A stretch of 64,000 nt of DNA from Acidimicrobiales bacterium (lineage in GTDB: Bacteria; Actinomycetota; Acidimicrobiia; Acidimicrobiales; CATQHL01), in the NCBI GenBank assembly GCA_965204655.1, contig OZ241998.1, positions 44,427 to 108,426 of the forward strand, given 5' to 3'. Both the position numbers and the translations under genes were made by a program. Shown piece after piece: positions 9,127-18,543 of the stretch. Every line of letters starts with the position of its first letter. Position 1 is the stretch's first letter. The notes under the pieces were generated by a model that was not told the origin of the DNA, did not search any database, and worked only from the letters and a program-made list of their open reading frames with translations.

Positions 9127-10122
9127 GTGACAGGACGCCAACGGCTTGTGGACGGTTTCGGTCGCGTTCACCGCGACCTGAGGATTTCCGTCACCGACCG
9201 CTGCAATTTCAGATGCGTCTACTGCATGCCGGCGGAAGGATTGAAGTGGCTGCCCCGCTCCGAGATACTGAGTTTTGAGGAGATACACCGGCTGGCCCGC
9301 TTAGCGGTTGAGCGTTTCGGCGTGAACGGCATCCGCCTCACAGGGGGAGAGCCCACGGTGCGGGCCAACCTGTCTGAACTCGTCTCCATGCTCGCGGCGC
9401 TGGAGGTGGATCTCGCCATGACCACCAATGGCGCTGCCCTCGGCCTTCTCGCAGACGAATTGGCTTTAGCAGGACTCCGGCGGGTGAACGTCTCACTGGA
9501 CACCCTGCAGCCGGAACGTTTCAAAGAGATGACCCTGCGCGACGATCTTCACAGGGTGCTCGACGGGATCGACGCCGCCAAGGCGTCCGGGTTGTCTCCG
9601 GTGAAAGTAAACGTGGTCGTCATGCGGGGGGTCAACGACGACGAGTTGCTGGACTTCGCTGAATTCGGGCGAACTCAGGGCGTGGAAGTGCGCTTCATTG
9701 AGTTCATGCCGCTGGACGCCGACGCCTCCTGGAGCGGCGGGAGCGTGCTGAGTTGTGAGGAGATAATCGATCGTATTTCGGCGGTCTACCCGCTCGAGGC
9801 AGACGGGGCAACGCCAGATTCCGCTCCGGCAAGGAGATTTCGTTACTCCGACGGCAAAGGGAGCATCGGAGTCGTGGCTAGCGTGACACGCTCTTTTTGC
9901 GGCACCTGCGACCGCATACGCATCACCGCCGACGGGATGTTCCGCAACTGCCTGTTCGCTCTGGAAGAGCAGGATCTGAGAACGCCCTTGCGCAGCGGAG
10001 CGGACGACGACGAACTGGCCGAGGTGATGCTCTCAGGCGTTCGCTCCAAGGGGCCTGGGCACAGCATCGGCAAGGCGGCTTTCATCCGACCTGCCCGCTC
10101 CATGTCGCAAATCGGCGGCTAG
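9127..10122 (+). CDS. moaA: GTP 3',8-cyclase (radical SAM)
   Basis: LRISVTDRCNFRCVYCMP radical-SAM cluster motif and a C-terminal CGTCDRIRITADG second cluster. The track ORF (8716) extends into moeA, so I place the start at the in-frame GTG at 9127. Confidence 0.9.
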   Translation: MTGRQRLVDGFGRVHRDLRISVTDRCNFRCVYCMPAEGLKWLPRSEILSFEEIHRLARLAVERFGVNGIRLTGGEPTVRANLSELVSMLAALEVDLAMTTNGAALGLLADELALAGLRRVNVSLDTLQPERFKEMTLRDDLHRVLDGIDAAKASGLSPVKVNVVVMRGVNDDELLDFAEFGRTQGVEVRFIEFMPLDADASWSGGSVLSCEEIIDRISAVYPLEADGATPDSAPARRFRYSDGKGSIGVVASVTRSFCGTCDRIRITADGMFRNCLFALEEQDLRTPLRSGADDDELAEVMLSGVRSKGPGHSIGKAAFIRPARSMSQIGG

Positions 10123-10150
10123 CTCCCAAGTCTGGACGCCCCGCAGCGTC

Positions 10151-10642
10151 GTGCACGCTCCGCACTTCACCCACCTTGACGATTCCGGTCAAGCGCGCAT
10201 GGTGGACGTCTCCTCCAAGCCGCCTACACCCCGACGGGCGGTGGCGAGGGCGTTGGTAGAGATGAGCAGTGAGACGGCTGAAGCGCTGGCGGCAGGCGCA
10301 CTTGAGAAGGGCGACGTGCTTGCGGTGGCGCGAGTGGCCGGCATCATGGCGGCCAAGCGCACCCCCGAACTAATACCGCTCTGCCACCCAGTGTCGTTGA
10401 GCAGGGTCACGGTCGATTTCCGTCTCGCTGCCGAGAGTGTGGAAGTAGAAGCCGCGGCGGAGACGGTTGACCGCACGGGCGTGGAGATGGAAGCCTTGAC
10501 GGCGTGCGCTGCAGCGGCTCTGACCATCTACGACATGTGCAAGTCGCAGGATCGCTCTATGGTGATCGGACGCCTTTGTCTGTGGGAGAAATCCGGCGGT
10601 CGCTCCGGGGATTACTCCCGCGGGGACTCCGGGGGAAGGTAA
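10151..10642 (+). CDS. moaC: cyclic pyranopterin monophosphate synthase
   Basis: THLD..G.ARMVDVS.K..T.R.A.A and LIPLCHP motifs of MoaC. Confidence 0.9.
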   Translation: MHAPHFTHLDDSGQARMVDVSSKPPTPRRAVARALVEMSSETAEALAAGALEKGDVLAVARVAGIMAAKRTPELIPLCHPVSLSRVTVDFRLAAESVEVEAAAETVDRTGVEMEALTACAAAALTIYDMCKSQDRSMVIGRLCLWEKSGGRSGDYSRGDSGGR

Positions 10643-10937
10643 GGCCAAGAAGAGTCGGTAGGTTTATCCCAGGTGTGTTCTATGAATTGAACAGACATTG
10701 TGGATAATTTGCGGCAATTTCTGAACTTCCTGTTGATAAGGCAGGGAAATCCACCAACTTCAGCCTTGGGGGTGCTGTAATTAGTCGTTGGTGATTAAAA
10801 CGAATCGGAACATCACCTTGTTCCCGTCAATTTGCGCTCTGAAAAACCCGGCGCGTCCTCGCAGAAAATGCCTTTTTGTATCGGAACGCGTTTCAGGGGA
10901 AGTCAGCGGAGCAACCTAGAGATCACCTGAGATTGTC

Positions 10938-11489
10938 GTGGCGTACACGTGGATAGTTGTCGCGCTTTGGCTCGTGTTCGTGCCGGGTCTCGTCAAGTGG
11001 ATCGCGAGCAAGCGCTTCTCTGGCATTTCTTCGTCTGCGGAATCCGTTTTGTCGGAGAAGGTGGTTTACCTGCCTGGCGTTGCGGACGCTGCTAGAGGGG
11101 GAGAAAAGCTGAGTCTGTTGGTCGGAATGGACACCTCAAGGAAGATCCAGAGGGAGTGGGCTAGGCGCAGACGCCGCACCGTCATATGGACGCTCACGGC
11201 CATGTCGTTGGTGTCCTTGCTGGCAGTCATCATTTTCGCCGGGAGGGTGCCCGGCTACGGTTGGTCGGTCGCGGCTCATGTGGTATCTGACGTGCTCTTG
11301 GGCGCCTACGTGGTTTCCCTGGCGCGTCGTCGCCGCCGCATTCAGGAACGCAGAGTTCAGGTGACCTCCGTGCGTCGTCCTCCGCAGCCGGCGGTGGCGC
11401 CGTTCCAGCCGAGGCAGCCGGCGATAGCGCCGTTCCAGCCAAGGGTGGAGCCGATTCGCCTGGTGTCTTCAGCGGGCGGCAGGAGGTAG
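10938..11489 (+). CDS. hypothetical membrane protein with C-terminal tandem repeat
   Basis: GTG-start ORF with three hydrophobic segments and Arg-rich loops. The C-terminus carries a 30-nt tandem duplication (see the repeat feature). Confidence 0.5.
   Translation: MAYTWIVVALWLVFVPGLVKWIASKRFSGISSSAESVLSEKVVYLPGVADAARGGEKLSLLVGMDTSRKIQREWARRRRRTVIWTLTAMSLVSLLAVIIFAGRVPGYGWSVAAHVVSDVLLGAYVVSLARRRRRIQERRVQVTSVRRPPQPAVAPFQPRQPAIAPFQPRVEPIRLVSSAGGRR
11385..11444 (+). repeat. 2 x 30-nt in-frame tandem repeat (QPAVAPFQPR / QPAIAPFQPR)
   Basis: cagccggcggtggcgccgttccagccgagg followed by cagccggcgatagcgccgttccagccaagg. Confidence 0.85.
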
Positions 11490-11575
11490 CCCGACCCCCT
11501 GTACCTCCTGGTGGAATCCCTGAGGGGTTTTTCAGATTGGGGGGAATTCCTTCACCGCTAGGCTGGAAGCCAAGC

Positions 11576-11649
11576 GGGGGTGTAGCTCAGTTGGCTAGAG
11601 CGCTTCGTTCGCAACGAAGAGGGCGGCGGTTCGAGTCCGCTCACCTCCA
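11576..11649 (+). tRNA. tRNA-Ala (anticodon CGC)
   Basis: 74-nt cloverleaf: acceptor GGGGGTG/CACCTCC with the G3:U70 Ala identity pair, anticodon stem CTTCG/CGAAG with loop TTCGCAA, T-loop GGTTCGAGTCC. No encoded CCA. Confidence 0.95.
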
Positions 11650-11802
11650 CGGGGTTCACTTCAACGGGGTTTCACCAACGGGGCTTCCTGACTGGGTTGG
11701 ATGCGCTAGGTCACGGATTGCCGCCCTCGTACCCCTTCGCATTGACAGGCGCTTTCATCCGCTTCCTGGGCGCCCCCGGCGGTCACCGGCGGGCAGGCGA
11801 TG

Positions 11803-12807
11803 TCAGATTCTGGGTTTGGACTTGAGGTCGTACTGGCGGTGACGGGTATTGATTTCCCGCACGGTTCCCGACTTGGAACGCATGACGAGCGACTGGGTGG
11901 ACGCTCCCTGAGGGTGGAACTGAACTCCCTTCAACAAGTCTCCGCTGGTGACTCCGGTGGCTGCGAACAGGCAGTTGTCGCCCGCCACCAGATCGTCGTT
12001 GTGCAGGACGGCGTTCAGGTCGTATCCCGCCGCTTCGGCCGCCTCTCGTTCTGCGTCGTTGCGCGGCCAGAGTTTCCCCTGCAGTTCCCCGCCCATGCAC
12101 TTGAGGGCGGCCGCCGATATCACCCCTTCCGGAGTCCCACCGACGCCGAACAGGACGTCCGCCCCAGATTCCGGTCTGGCCGTGGCTATAGCGCCCGCTA
12201 TGTCGCCGGCGGGGATGAGACGGATTCGAGCCCCTGCGGCTCTTATCTCTGCGATCAACTCGGCGTGGCGGTCCCGATGAAGAACCACAGCAGTAAGCCC
12301 CGAGACCTTTTCCCCTTTGGCTTCCGCCACCCTGTTCAGGTTCTCGGTGGGGGTCGCCTCAATGTCGATCACTCCGACGCAGTCAGGTCCCACCGCGATC
12401 TTGTCCATGTACACGCATGCGCCCGGGTCGAACATCGTGTGCCTGTTCGAAACGGCTATCACCGACAGGGCGTTGCCCAGCCCCAGGGAGACCAGCGTCG
12501 TTCCGTCGATGGGGTCTACCGCCACGTCGCAGGGCGGTGGGGCGCCGTCCCCCACACGCTCGCCATTGTAGAGCATGGGGGCTTGATCCTTCTCGCCCTC
12601 GCCGATGACCACGATACCGTCCATGTCCACTACGCTCAGGGCGGCGCGCATGGCGTCCACTGCGGCTCGATCTGCGCCTGTCTTGTCACCTCGCCCCATC
12701 CAGGGAGCGGCGCTTATGGCCGCAGCTTCGGTGACGCGCACGAGTTCGAGCGCCAAGTTACGATCAGGTTGTTCCTGCACGAGAGAAACCCTAACCAAGC
12801 ATCCCAA
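11803..12807 (-). CDS. glpX: class II fructose-1,6-bisphosphatase
   Basis: [30 protein letters not shown] and DPIDGTT motifs of GlpX. Confidence 0.9.
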   Translation of the reverse strand: MGCLVRVSLVQEQPDRNLALELVRVTEAAAISAAPWMGRGDKTGADRAAVDAMRAALSVVDMDGIVVIGEGEKDQAPMLYNGERVGDGAPPPCDVAVDPIDGTTLVSLGLGNALSVIAVSNRHTMFDPGACVYMDKIAVGPDCVGVIDIEATPTENLNRVAEAKGEKVSGLTAVVLHRDRHAELIAEIRAAGARIRLIPAGDIAGAIATARPESGADVLFGVGGTPEGVISAAALKCMGGELQGKLWPRNDAEREAAEAAGYDLNAVLHNDDLVAGDNCLFAATGVTSGDLLKGVQFHPQGASTQSLVMRSKSGTVREINTRHRQYDLKSKPRI

Positions 12808-12934
12808 GAATGATGATTACCGAACGCCGTTTTGTCGTTGGCGCACCCCTCGCTATCGCAGTGGCCAAGGAGGCCATAATGGCCGAAGAGGCCGACGCGG
12901 CCAGGCCTCGGCGGAGGCAATAGAGAGGCGCCCG

Positions 12935-13765
12935 ATGACGATTTGCCCAACACCTAGCAGTTCTTCATCTTCGGAGGTCTGGTGTTTTCAGTGCGGCGCC
13001 GGCTACTTGGCCGAGGTGTCGGTGTGCACCGAATGCGGCGTGGCGACGGTGCCTCAGCAGCCCATCGACGCTGCGGAGGTGGGCGGCCCCTCCGACGGGC
13101 AGTTGGAGTACGACTTCCACGAATACTCAGCAGAGTCCCGCTCCATGCTGGAGAGCCTCCTGCTGGGGGCGAAGATACCCCACGCTTGGCACGGCGCCGT
13201 CTTGATCGTGGGAGAACGCGACGAGGCGAAAGTCGACGAGTTTGTGGCCGGGGTGGACAGAGCCGCCCGCCCGGCCCTCGAGCCTGCAGCAGAAACCGTG
13301 GGTTACGAACTAGGGGAGATGAGCGACGACGAGGTGACGCGCCTCACCGAGGTGCTGGAGGAAGCGGAGGTTACCTACGGTTTTGACGTCGACGGAGACC
13401 TGGAGGTCTACGCCTCCGATGAGGAACGCGTGGATGCCCTGATGGACAAGCTGGCGGAGGAAGTAGTAGCCGAGACGTTCGGCCCGGGTCTGGAGGGCGT
13501 GGATCCGCACGAAGTGGTCTCGCGTCTGTTCCTGGCGTCTGACCGCTTGGCGCGAAACCCCAGAGACCGCAAGGGGCTCCGGGACTTGCAGCGATTCGGA
13601 GAGGATGTCTTGAAGCTCGCACTTCCTTTCGGTTTCGAGGCGAAAGTCTGGAGGTCGCTGCTGGATCAGGTGAGCGACCTCAGGGAAGTCGTCCAAGACG
13701 GCGCCCCGAGCGAAATATCCTCTGCGGCTGCCTCCGCCCGTGTGGTACTGCACAGGTTCGTCTGA
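12935..13765 (+). CDS. hypothetical protein, N-terminal zinc ribbon plus duplicated small alpha/beta module
   Basis: Start taken at the ATG at 12935, because the track ORF from 12605 overlaps glpX antisense. It has a CFQC...CTEC ribbon and two similar about 50-aa segments (YDFHEYSAESRSMLESLL... and YELGEMSDDEVTRLTEVL...). Confidence 0.5.
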   Translation: MTICPTPSSSSSSEVWCFQCGAGYLAEVSVCTECGVATVPQQPIDAAEVGGPSDGQLEYDFHEYSAESRSMLESLLLGAKIPHAWHGAVLIVGERDEAKVDEFVAGVDRAARPALEPAAETVGYELGEMSDDEVTRLTEVLEEAEVTYGFDVDGDLEVYASDEERVDALMDKLAEEVVAETFGPGLEGVDPHEVVSRLFLASDRLARNPRDRKGLRDLQRFGEDVLKLALPFGFEAKVWRSLLDQVSDLREVVQDGAPSEISSAAASARVVLHRFV

Positions 13766-13826
13766 AGTCCCCTCGTCTGAGGCGGCTTCGGATCTTTCCC
13801 GAACTCCGCCGCCGGGTTGACACGCC

Positions 13827-15116
13827 TTGGAGGGTCCGGAACTCGCCCGGTTAGAGATTTACCACTCCCGCCCGGTGGCTCCCACCCGGCGGGTCGCCTT
13901 GGGCAGTTGCCTCTTGCCTATGGAACGCCCTCTGCAGGCCGGAGCCCTCTTGTTGGGCGCCGTGGTGGGAAAGTACCTGCGCCGCAGCGACGAGGAATTA
14001 CGCGGCGAACTGGAATCCCTCCTTTCCGAACTGGGGAAGGGGATGCGTATCAGCCAGCCTCGTCTGCGACACCGTCTGCAGGATGACCGCATCGGGCTAA
14101 CCCGCAGCGTCCATCGGCTCAAGGCCGACGGGAACGGACGCCTGAAATTGGATTCTGTAGACAGAGGGGGCACCCCCGCGCAGCACATCCTGGGGGCCGT
14201 CTACGCGGCAGGCACTCGGAGCACCGCCCTGCTAGCGGTGTGGGAGGCCTTGGGTTGGCGGGGCGGAAGCACCGACGAACTGCTGGAGTTCCTGAGAAGG
14301 TCGCTGAGCGGAGCCAGAGCCTCAGAACGCGATTTCGGCAGGCTTGACGCCTCCCGTTCCTGGGCGATGGAGATATTGGGTTTTCAGGCGGGAAACGAGC
14401 CTCGTCCCCTTGACGTCCAGCGGCGCTTCCGCATGCTGGTGTCTTCAGTGCACCCCGACGCGGGAGGTTCTGACAGCGAAGCCGCCGGCCGCATCGGCGA
14501 TCTGCTGGATGCCCGGCGCATCCTGCTTGATTCCGCTTGCGGTCTGCTGCTGTTTCCGGGGGCGGGCGGAGACTCCCGCCATCACGCCCTAGCGGCGCTT
14601 CAACACGCCCTCAATCCGCTTCCGGTGAGGTGCGTAGACTACCCTCACCACCAAGAAGGCCGGAGGCGCCCCCCTCCGGCGGCGCAAAAGCTGATTCCCT
14701 TCGTCGTGGAGCAGGCGGCGGCCATGTGTTCGGACGAGGGAATCCGACCTGAAAAGCTCGTGTTGGGAGGCAGATCGATGGGTGGCCGCTTGTGCTCAAT
14801 GGCGGTGGCGGAAGGGTTGCCCTCGGCGGGTCTTCTGCTGCTGAGTTACCCGCTTCATCCTCCTCGCAAGCCTGAGCGGCTTCGCACGGGACACTTCCCC
14901 GGTCTGAACGTGCCGTGTCTTTTCGTGTCGGGTGACAGGGATCCCTTTGGCAAGCCCTCGGAGTTGACCGAAGCCGTCTCGGCCATTCCCGGTCAGGTGG
15001 AGATGACCTGGCTTTCCGGCTGCGGGCATGACCCGCCTGCGGAAGTGAACGAGGAACTGACCGCCGGTGTGAAGGAGTGGCTAGGAGGGTTGTTCCGACG
15101 CTATCCCGCCCGCTGA
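13827..15116 (+). CDS. J-domain-like / alpha-beta hydrolase (COG3571, KANL3/Tex30-like) fusion protein
   Basis: SWAMEILGF...RRFRMLVSSVHPDAGGS...AARIGDLLDARRIL carries an HPD tripeptide (nt 14451-14459). The C-terminal half has FPGAGGDS, GGRSMGG (GxSxG), GDRDPFG and GCGHD. The start may instead be the ATG at 13920. Confidence 0.6.
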   Translation: MEGPELARLEIYHSRPVAPTRRVALGSCLLPMERPLQAGALLLGAVVGKYLRRSDEELRGELESLLSELGKGMRISQPRLRHRLQDDRIGLTRSVHRLKADGNGRLKLDSVDRGGTPAQHILGAVYAAGTRSTALLAVWEALGWRGGSTDELLEFLRRSLSGARASERDFGRLDASRSWAMEILGFQAGNEPRPLDVQRRFRMLVSSVHPDAGGSDSEAAGRIGDLLDARRILLDSACGLLLFPGAGGDSRHHALAALQHALNPLPVRCVDYPHHQEGRRRPPPAAQKLIPFVVEQAAAMCSDEGIRPEKLVLGGRSMGGRLCSMAVAEGLPSAGLLLLSYPLHPPRKPERLRTGHFPGLNVPCLFVSGDRDPFGKPSELTEAVSAIPGQVEMTWLSGCGHDPPAEVNEELTAGVKEWLGGLFRRYPAR

Positions 15117-16748
15117 AGCGTCTTCTGGGTTGAGTTCTTCGAGTTCCTCGCGGGCGGTCTCGGGGAAGAACACCCCGATCAGCGCCGCCACCATTAAGGG
15201 CGCAACTGCGACCAACGCGAACGCCGGGGCGAATCCTCCTAGGGGTTCCGTCAGGTTTCCCACGATCTGCAGCCCGATGACCGAACCCACCACCCCCACC
15301 ACGGTCATCTGCCCGTTGGAACGAGCCCTCAGGGACGTTCCGAAGAGTTCGCTGGTGTAGGCGCCCAGGACGGGCACTAGCGCTCCTGCTGCCAGACCTC
15401 CCAGCACACCCCACAGCCACATCGGCCAGCCGCTCTGTAAGTATCTGAGGGTCAAGAAGGCGGGACTCGCCAGCAGGCAGACTACGCCTATAGCGCGTCT
15501 CCCCCGCAAGTCGGAGAGCTTGCCGGCGCCCAGCATCCCCAGACCCACCGGAGCGTAGGTGACCAGTTGGTACACGGTGATGTCGCCGGCCGAGAAGGAT
15601 CGCTCCTCCCGCAGGTACTCGTTCAGGAACTGCGACGCAGGAGCGGCGAAGACGGCAGACAGCATAGACGTCGCCCCTAGGAGCATCAGGCGTTTTCTGC
15701 GACGGGTTTTGACGCCCACCGCCTGTCCTTCTGCTCCTTCTGGGCGGCTACCGGGCCGCCCCCCCAAAACTTCCGCCCGCTTCCTCCCGTCGATGAACCG
15801 CCTGGACTCTGGGAGACTCCTAGAACTCCAGACCAGCAAAGGAAGGGCGGCCGCCGGGATCAAATACAGGATGCGCCAGGCCGACAGACCGAGGTCGGCG
15901 AGAGGCAGCAGCCAGACCACGATCCCCGAGCCCAGTCCAGCCGCCATGCCCATTACAGAGATGGCGTAGCCCCGCACCCCCTTGGGCACTTCCTCTGCGG
16001 CCATCACGGCCATCAATAAGAACGCCGCCGTGGTGCTGCCGCGTGCCAGCACCTGAGTAGTTCCGAAAGTCCAGATCTCCCCGGAGGCCGCCCCGCTGAT
16101 CGTTGCAAGGCACGCAACGCCTATGCAAAGCAAAAGAAGCGGTCTGCGCCCCTTCAGATCGGCGAGAATCACGATGCCGAGCGCCAGGATGACGCCCAAC
16201 CTCACTGCCGAGAGCACGTTGCCTTGGGTGGACACGTCAACTCCGAACTCGTCCGCCGCGAAGGTGATCGACTGACTCAGCAGCGTTCCGGCGTATCCCG
16301 CCAGGACGGCGAGCACGCAGAGGACGCCCAGCATCCGTCCGGAGCGCGGATCAATGCGTTCGGCCGGAGCCCACCAGGGTTGGCCGCCCTCTAGATCGCA
16401 TCTCCGCAGCCTGCGGCGCACCAGCGGGTTCAGCAGGAGCGACCAGAACGGAATGGAGAGCCTGTAGGAGATGAGCGTGCGAAGGCGGTATCCGCCGTCC
16501 GGGAGTTCGGTCGCCACTAGGTGGCGCCGGTACTCATCAAACGGCCCTTCAACAGCCGAGAAGACGGCGACCTGAACTCCAGGTTGTTCAATTGCGCCTA
16601 TTGCGCCTTGATGATGGCCGTCGCTGCTTTCGGGTTCTTCCCGCTGCTCCAAGACGATGTCGTTGATGGGTCTTAGCCGGCCATCTAGTTCATCCCGCTC
16701 GCATTCCTCCGTCCAGCCAAATTGGCTCACAGGAGTCCAAATCCCCAT
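15081..16748 (-). CDS. MFS transporter with about 130-aa soluble N-terminal extension
   Basis: 12-TM-like hydrophobic profile with MFS loop motifs (DLKGRRP, LSDLRGRR). Confidence 0.75.
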   Translation of the reverse strand: MGIWTPVSQFGWTEECERDELDGRLRPINDIVLEQREEPESSDGHHQGAIGAIEQPGVQVAVFSAVEGPFDEYRRHLVATELPDGGYRLRTLISYRLSIPFWSLLLNPLVRRRLRRCDLEGGQPWWAPAERIDPRSGRMLGVLCVLAVLAGYAGTLLSQSITFAADEFGVDVSTQGNVLSAVRLGVILALGIVILADLKGRRPLLLLCIGVACLATISGAASGEIWTFGTTQVLARGSTTAAFLLMAVMAAEEVPKGVRGYAISVMGMAAGLGSGIVVWLLPLADLGLSAWRILYLIPAAALPLLVWSSRSLPESRRFIDGRKRAEVLGGRPGSRPEGAEGQAVGVKTRRRKRLMLLGATSMLSAVFAAPASQFLNEYLREERSFSAGDITVYQLVTYAPVGLGMLGAGKLSDLRGRRAIGVVCLLASPAFLTLRYLQSGWPMWLWGVLGGLAAGALVPVLGAYTSELFGTSLRARSNGQMTVVGVVGSVIGLQIVGNLTEPLGGFAPAFALVAVAPLMVAALIGVFFPETAREELEELNPEDASAGGIASEQPS

Positions 16749-16779
16749 TCCAAGGGCACAATGAAATCATACTGTTCCC

Positions 16780-18201
16780 ATGGAAAGGCCTTTTGGGCAA
16801 ACTCCCCCTTCCCCGCCCCCCTTCATTCCTCCCGCCGCTTCGTCCGATTTCCCGAAGTTGAGCGGCGATCAGGTGCCTTCGCCGGCTCGCCTGGCGTCTT
16901 CGTCTCTGTCTGCAGGGGCGGTTTCGGCAGGTTCCTCGGCGGCGGATTCGAACATCAGGGTGCGCCCTGGCCAGCCCCTGCGCGGGGAGGTGAAGATCAG
17001 CGGGGCTAAGAACAGCGTGCTCAAACTCCTGGCCGCCACGACGATGGCGGAGGGGCGTTACGTGCTGAGGGAGGTGCCGCGCATTTCGGACGTGGGCATC
17101 ATGATGGAGCTCCTTGAGGGCTTCGGCAGCCGAGCGACCTTCGGAGAAGACGGCGTGCTGGAAGTCAGCACCCCTGCGGATCTCTCCCCTTACGCCCCGT
17201 ACGAACTCGTGAGCAGCATGCGCGCCTCCATTTCGGTGCTCGGCCCGCTGCTGGCCCGTTGCGGCGAGGCTGTGGTGGCTTTCCCAGGGGGGGACGACTT
17301 CGGCACCCGCCCGATTGACATGCACATAGAAGCCCTGCAGCGGCTCGGCGCCGAAATAAGCGTCAGCCACGGCTACATCCATGCCAGCGCTCCTGTACTA
17401 AAGGGGGCGAACATCACCTTGGAGTGGCCGAGCGTGGGTGCGACCGAGAACATAATGATGGCGGCCGCCCTCGCAGACGGGGAGACAGTTATAGAGAACG
17501 CCGCGAGAGAGCCGGAGATAGTCGACTTGGCGTCCTTCTTGAACCGAATGGGGGCGCGGGTATTGGGGGCGGGGGGTCAGACCATCAAGGTGGAAGGAGT
17601 CGATTCCCTCTCCTCGGTGGATCACACCCCCATACCTGACCGCATAGAGACGGCTGTGTTCTTGGCCGCTCTCGGCGCAGCGGGCGGCGAGATTTCCCTG
17701 ATAGGGGCGCAGCCCCCGCACCTGCGCATGCTCTGCGACAAACTCGGCGAGATGGATCTCAGAACCTCTACCACCCGCAACGGCCTCTGGGCGATGGCGC
17801 CTAGCCGGCTGCGCTCCGTCGACGTGGTCACCCTGCCCTACCCGGGGGTGGCCACCGACTATCAGCCGCTGCTTGTCGCCATGCTCAGCCTCGCCGACGG
17901 CGTCGGCCTGGTAACCGAGAACGTTTTCCCGAATCGATTCCGTTACGTGGGCGAGCTCTTGAGGATGGGGGCAGACATCCGGGTGGAAGGGCGCTGCGCC
18001 ATCGTAAGAGGCCGTGAGCGGTTGTCTGGCGCCACGGTGAGATCAACCGACATCCGGGCGGGCGCCGCCTTGGTGGTGGCGGGTCTAGGCGCAGAAGGGG
18101 AGAGCTTGGTTCGGGATACCCACCACATCCGGAGAGGATTCGACGGGCTAGTAGAGAAGTTGACCGCCCTAGGAGCCGACGTGGAGTGGACGTCAGGCTG
18201 A
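16780..18201 (+). CDS. murA: UDP-N-acetylglucosamine 1-carboxyvinyltransferase
   Basis: GEVKISGAKNSVLKLLAAT plus a later RPID.H segment. The ORF has a 60-aa Pro/Ser-rich N-terminal extension, and the real start may be the in-frame GTG at 16960. Confidence 0.9.
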   Translation: MERPFGQTPPSPPPFIPPAASSDFPKLSGDQVPSPARLASSSLSAGAVSAGSSAADSNIRVRPGQPLRGEVKISGAKNSVLKLLAATTMAEGRYVLREVPRISDVGIMMELLEGFGSRATFGEDGVLEVSTPADLSPYAPYELVSSMRASISVLGPLLARCGEAVVAFPGGDDFGTRPIDMHIEALQRLGAEISVSHGYIHASAPVLKGANITLEWPSVGATENIMMAAALADGETVIENAAREPEIVDLASFLNRMGARVLGAGGQTIKVEGVDSLSSVDHTPIPDRIETAVFLAALGAAGGEISLIGAQPPHLRMLCDKLGEMDLRTSTTRNGLWAMAPSRLRSVDVVTLPYPGVATDYQPLLVAMLSLADGVGLVTENVFPNRFRYVGELLRMGADIRVEGRCAIVRGRERLSGATVRSTDIRAGAALVVAGLGAEGESLVRDTHHIRRGFDGLVEKLTALGADVEWTSG

Positions 18202-18390
18202 CGGCAGAGCGTCGGCCTCGCGCTTTTCAGTTCCGACAGGTCCCTCGGCGGTTTCGTCGCTGCGGTCTTTGTCTTTGTTCATTTTTCGCTTTGCCAGAGC
18301 TATGAGGCCGATGATTGCGAGGAGCGGTCCGACGATCATGAGGGTCTCGTCCCAGCCGCCCTGATGGGCGAGCGTGCGTATGGTTGACAT
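18193..18390 (-). CDS. small single-TM membrane protein (hypothetical)
   Basis: 65-aa ORF with ATG preceded by GAGGA at suitable spacing, and one TM segment (LMIVGPLLAIIGLIALA). Confidence 0.45.
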   Translation of the reverse strand: MSTIRTLAHQGGWDETLMIVGPLLAIIGLIALAKRKMNKDKDRSDETAEGPVGTEKREADALPSA

Positions 18391-18543
18391 CTGAGGTCCT
18401 CGGTCTCGCCTTCGTCCTGTTCGGAGGCTAGCAGGGCTGGCTGAGGGCAGCGGGGTTGCGGGCTGCGCAGCAACGCGGCAACTCGGGGCAGCGCTCCACT
18501 TGGGCGGCTAACTCGGGCTAGCGCTCAACTCGGGCTGTGTAGC

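Noticed and set aside
11494-11532. Possible intrinsic terminator (CCCCT...AGGGG TTTTT) before tRNA-Ala
   Set aside because: The best pairing I can draw is only about 5 bp with a loop of more than 20 nt, which is too weak to report as a feature despite the T5 run.
11800-12813. 337-aa plus-strand ORF exactly antisense to glpX
   Set aside because: It is a mirror ORF of a clearly recognisable GlpX coding frame. It has no motifs and an Arg/Gly/His-rich composition.
16780-16959. Treating the Pro/Ser-rich 60-aa MurA N-terminal extension as a novel domain
   Set aside because: An in-frame GTG at 16960 yields a MurA of canonical length, so the extension is probably an artefact of the longest-ORF call.
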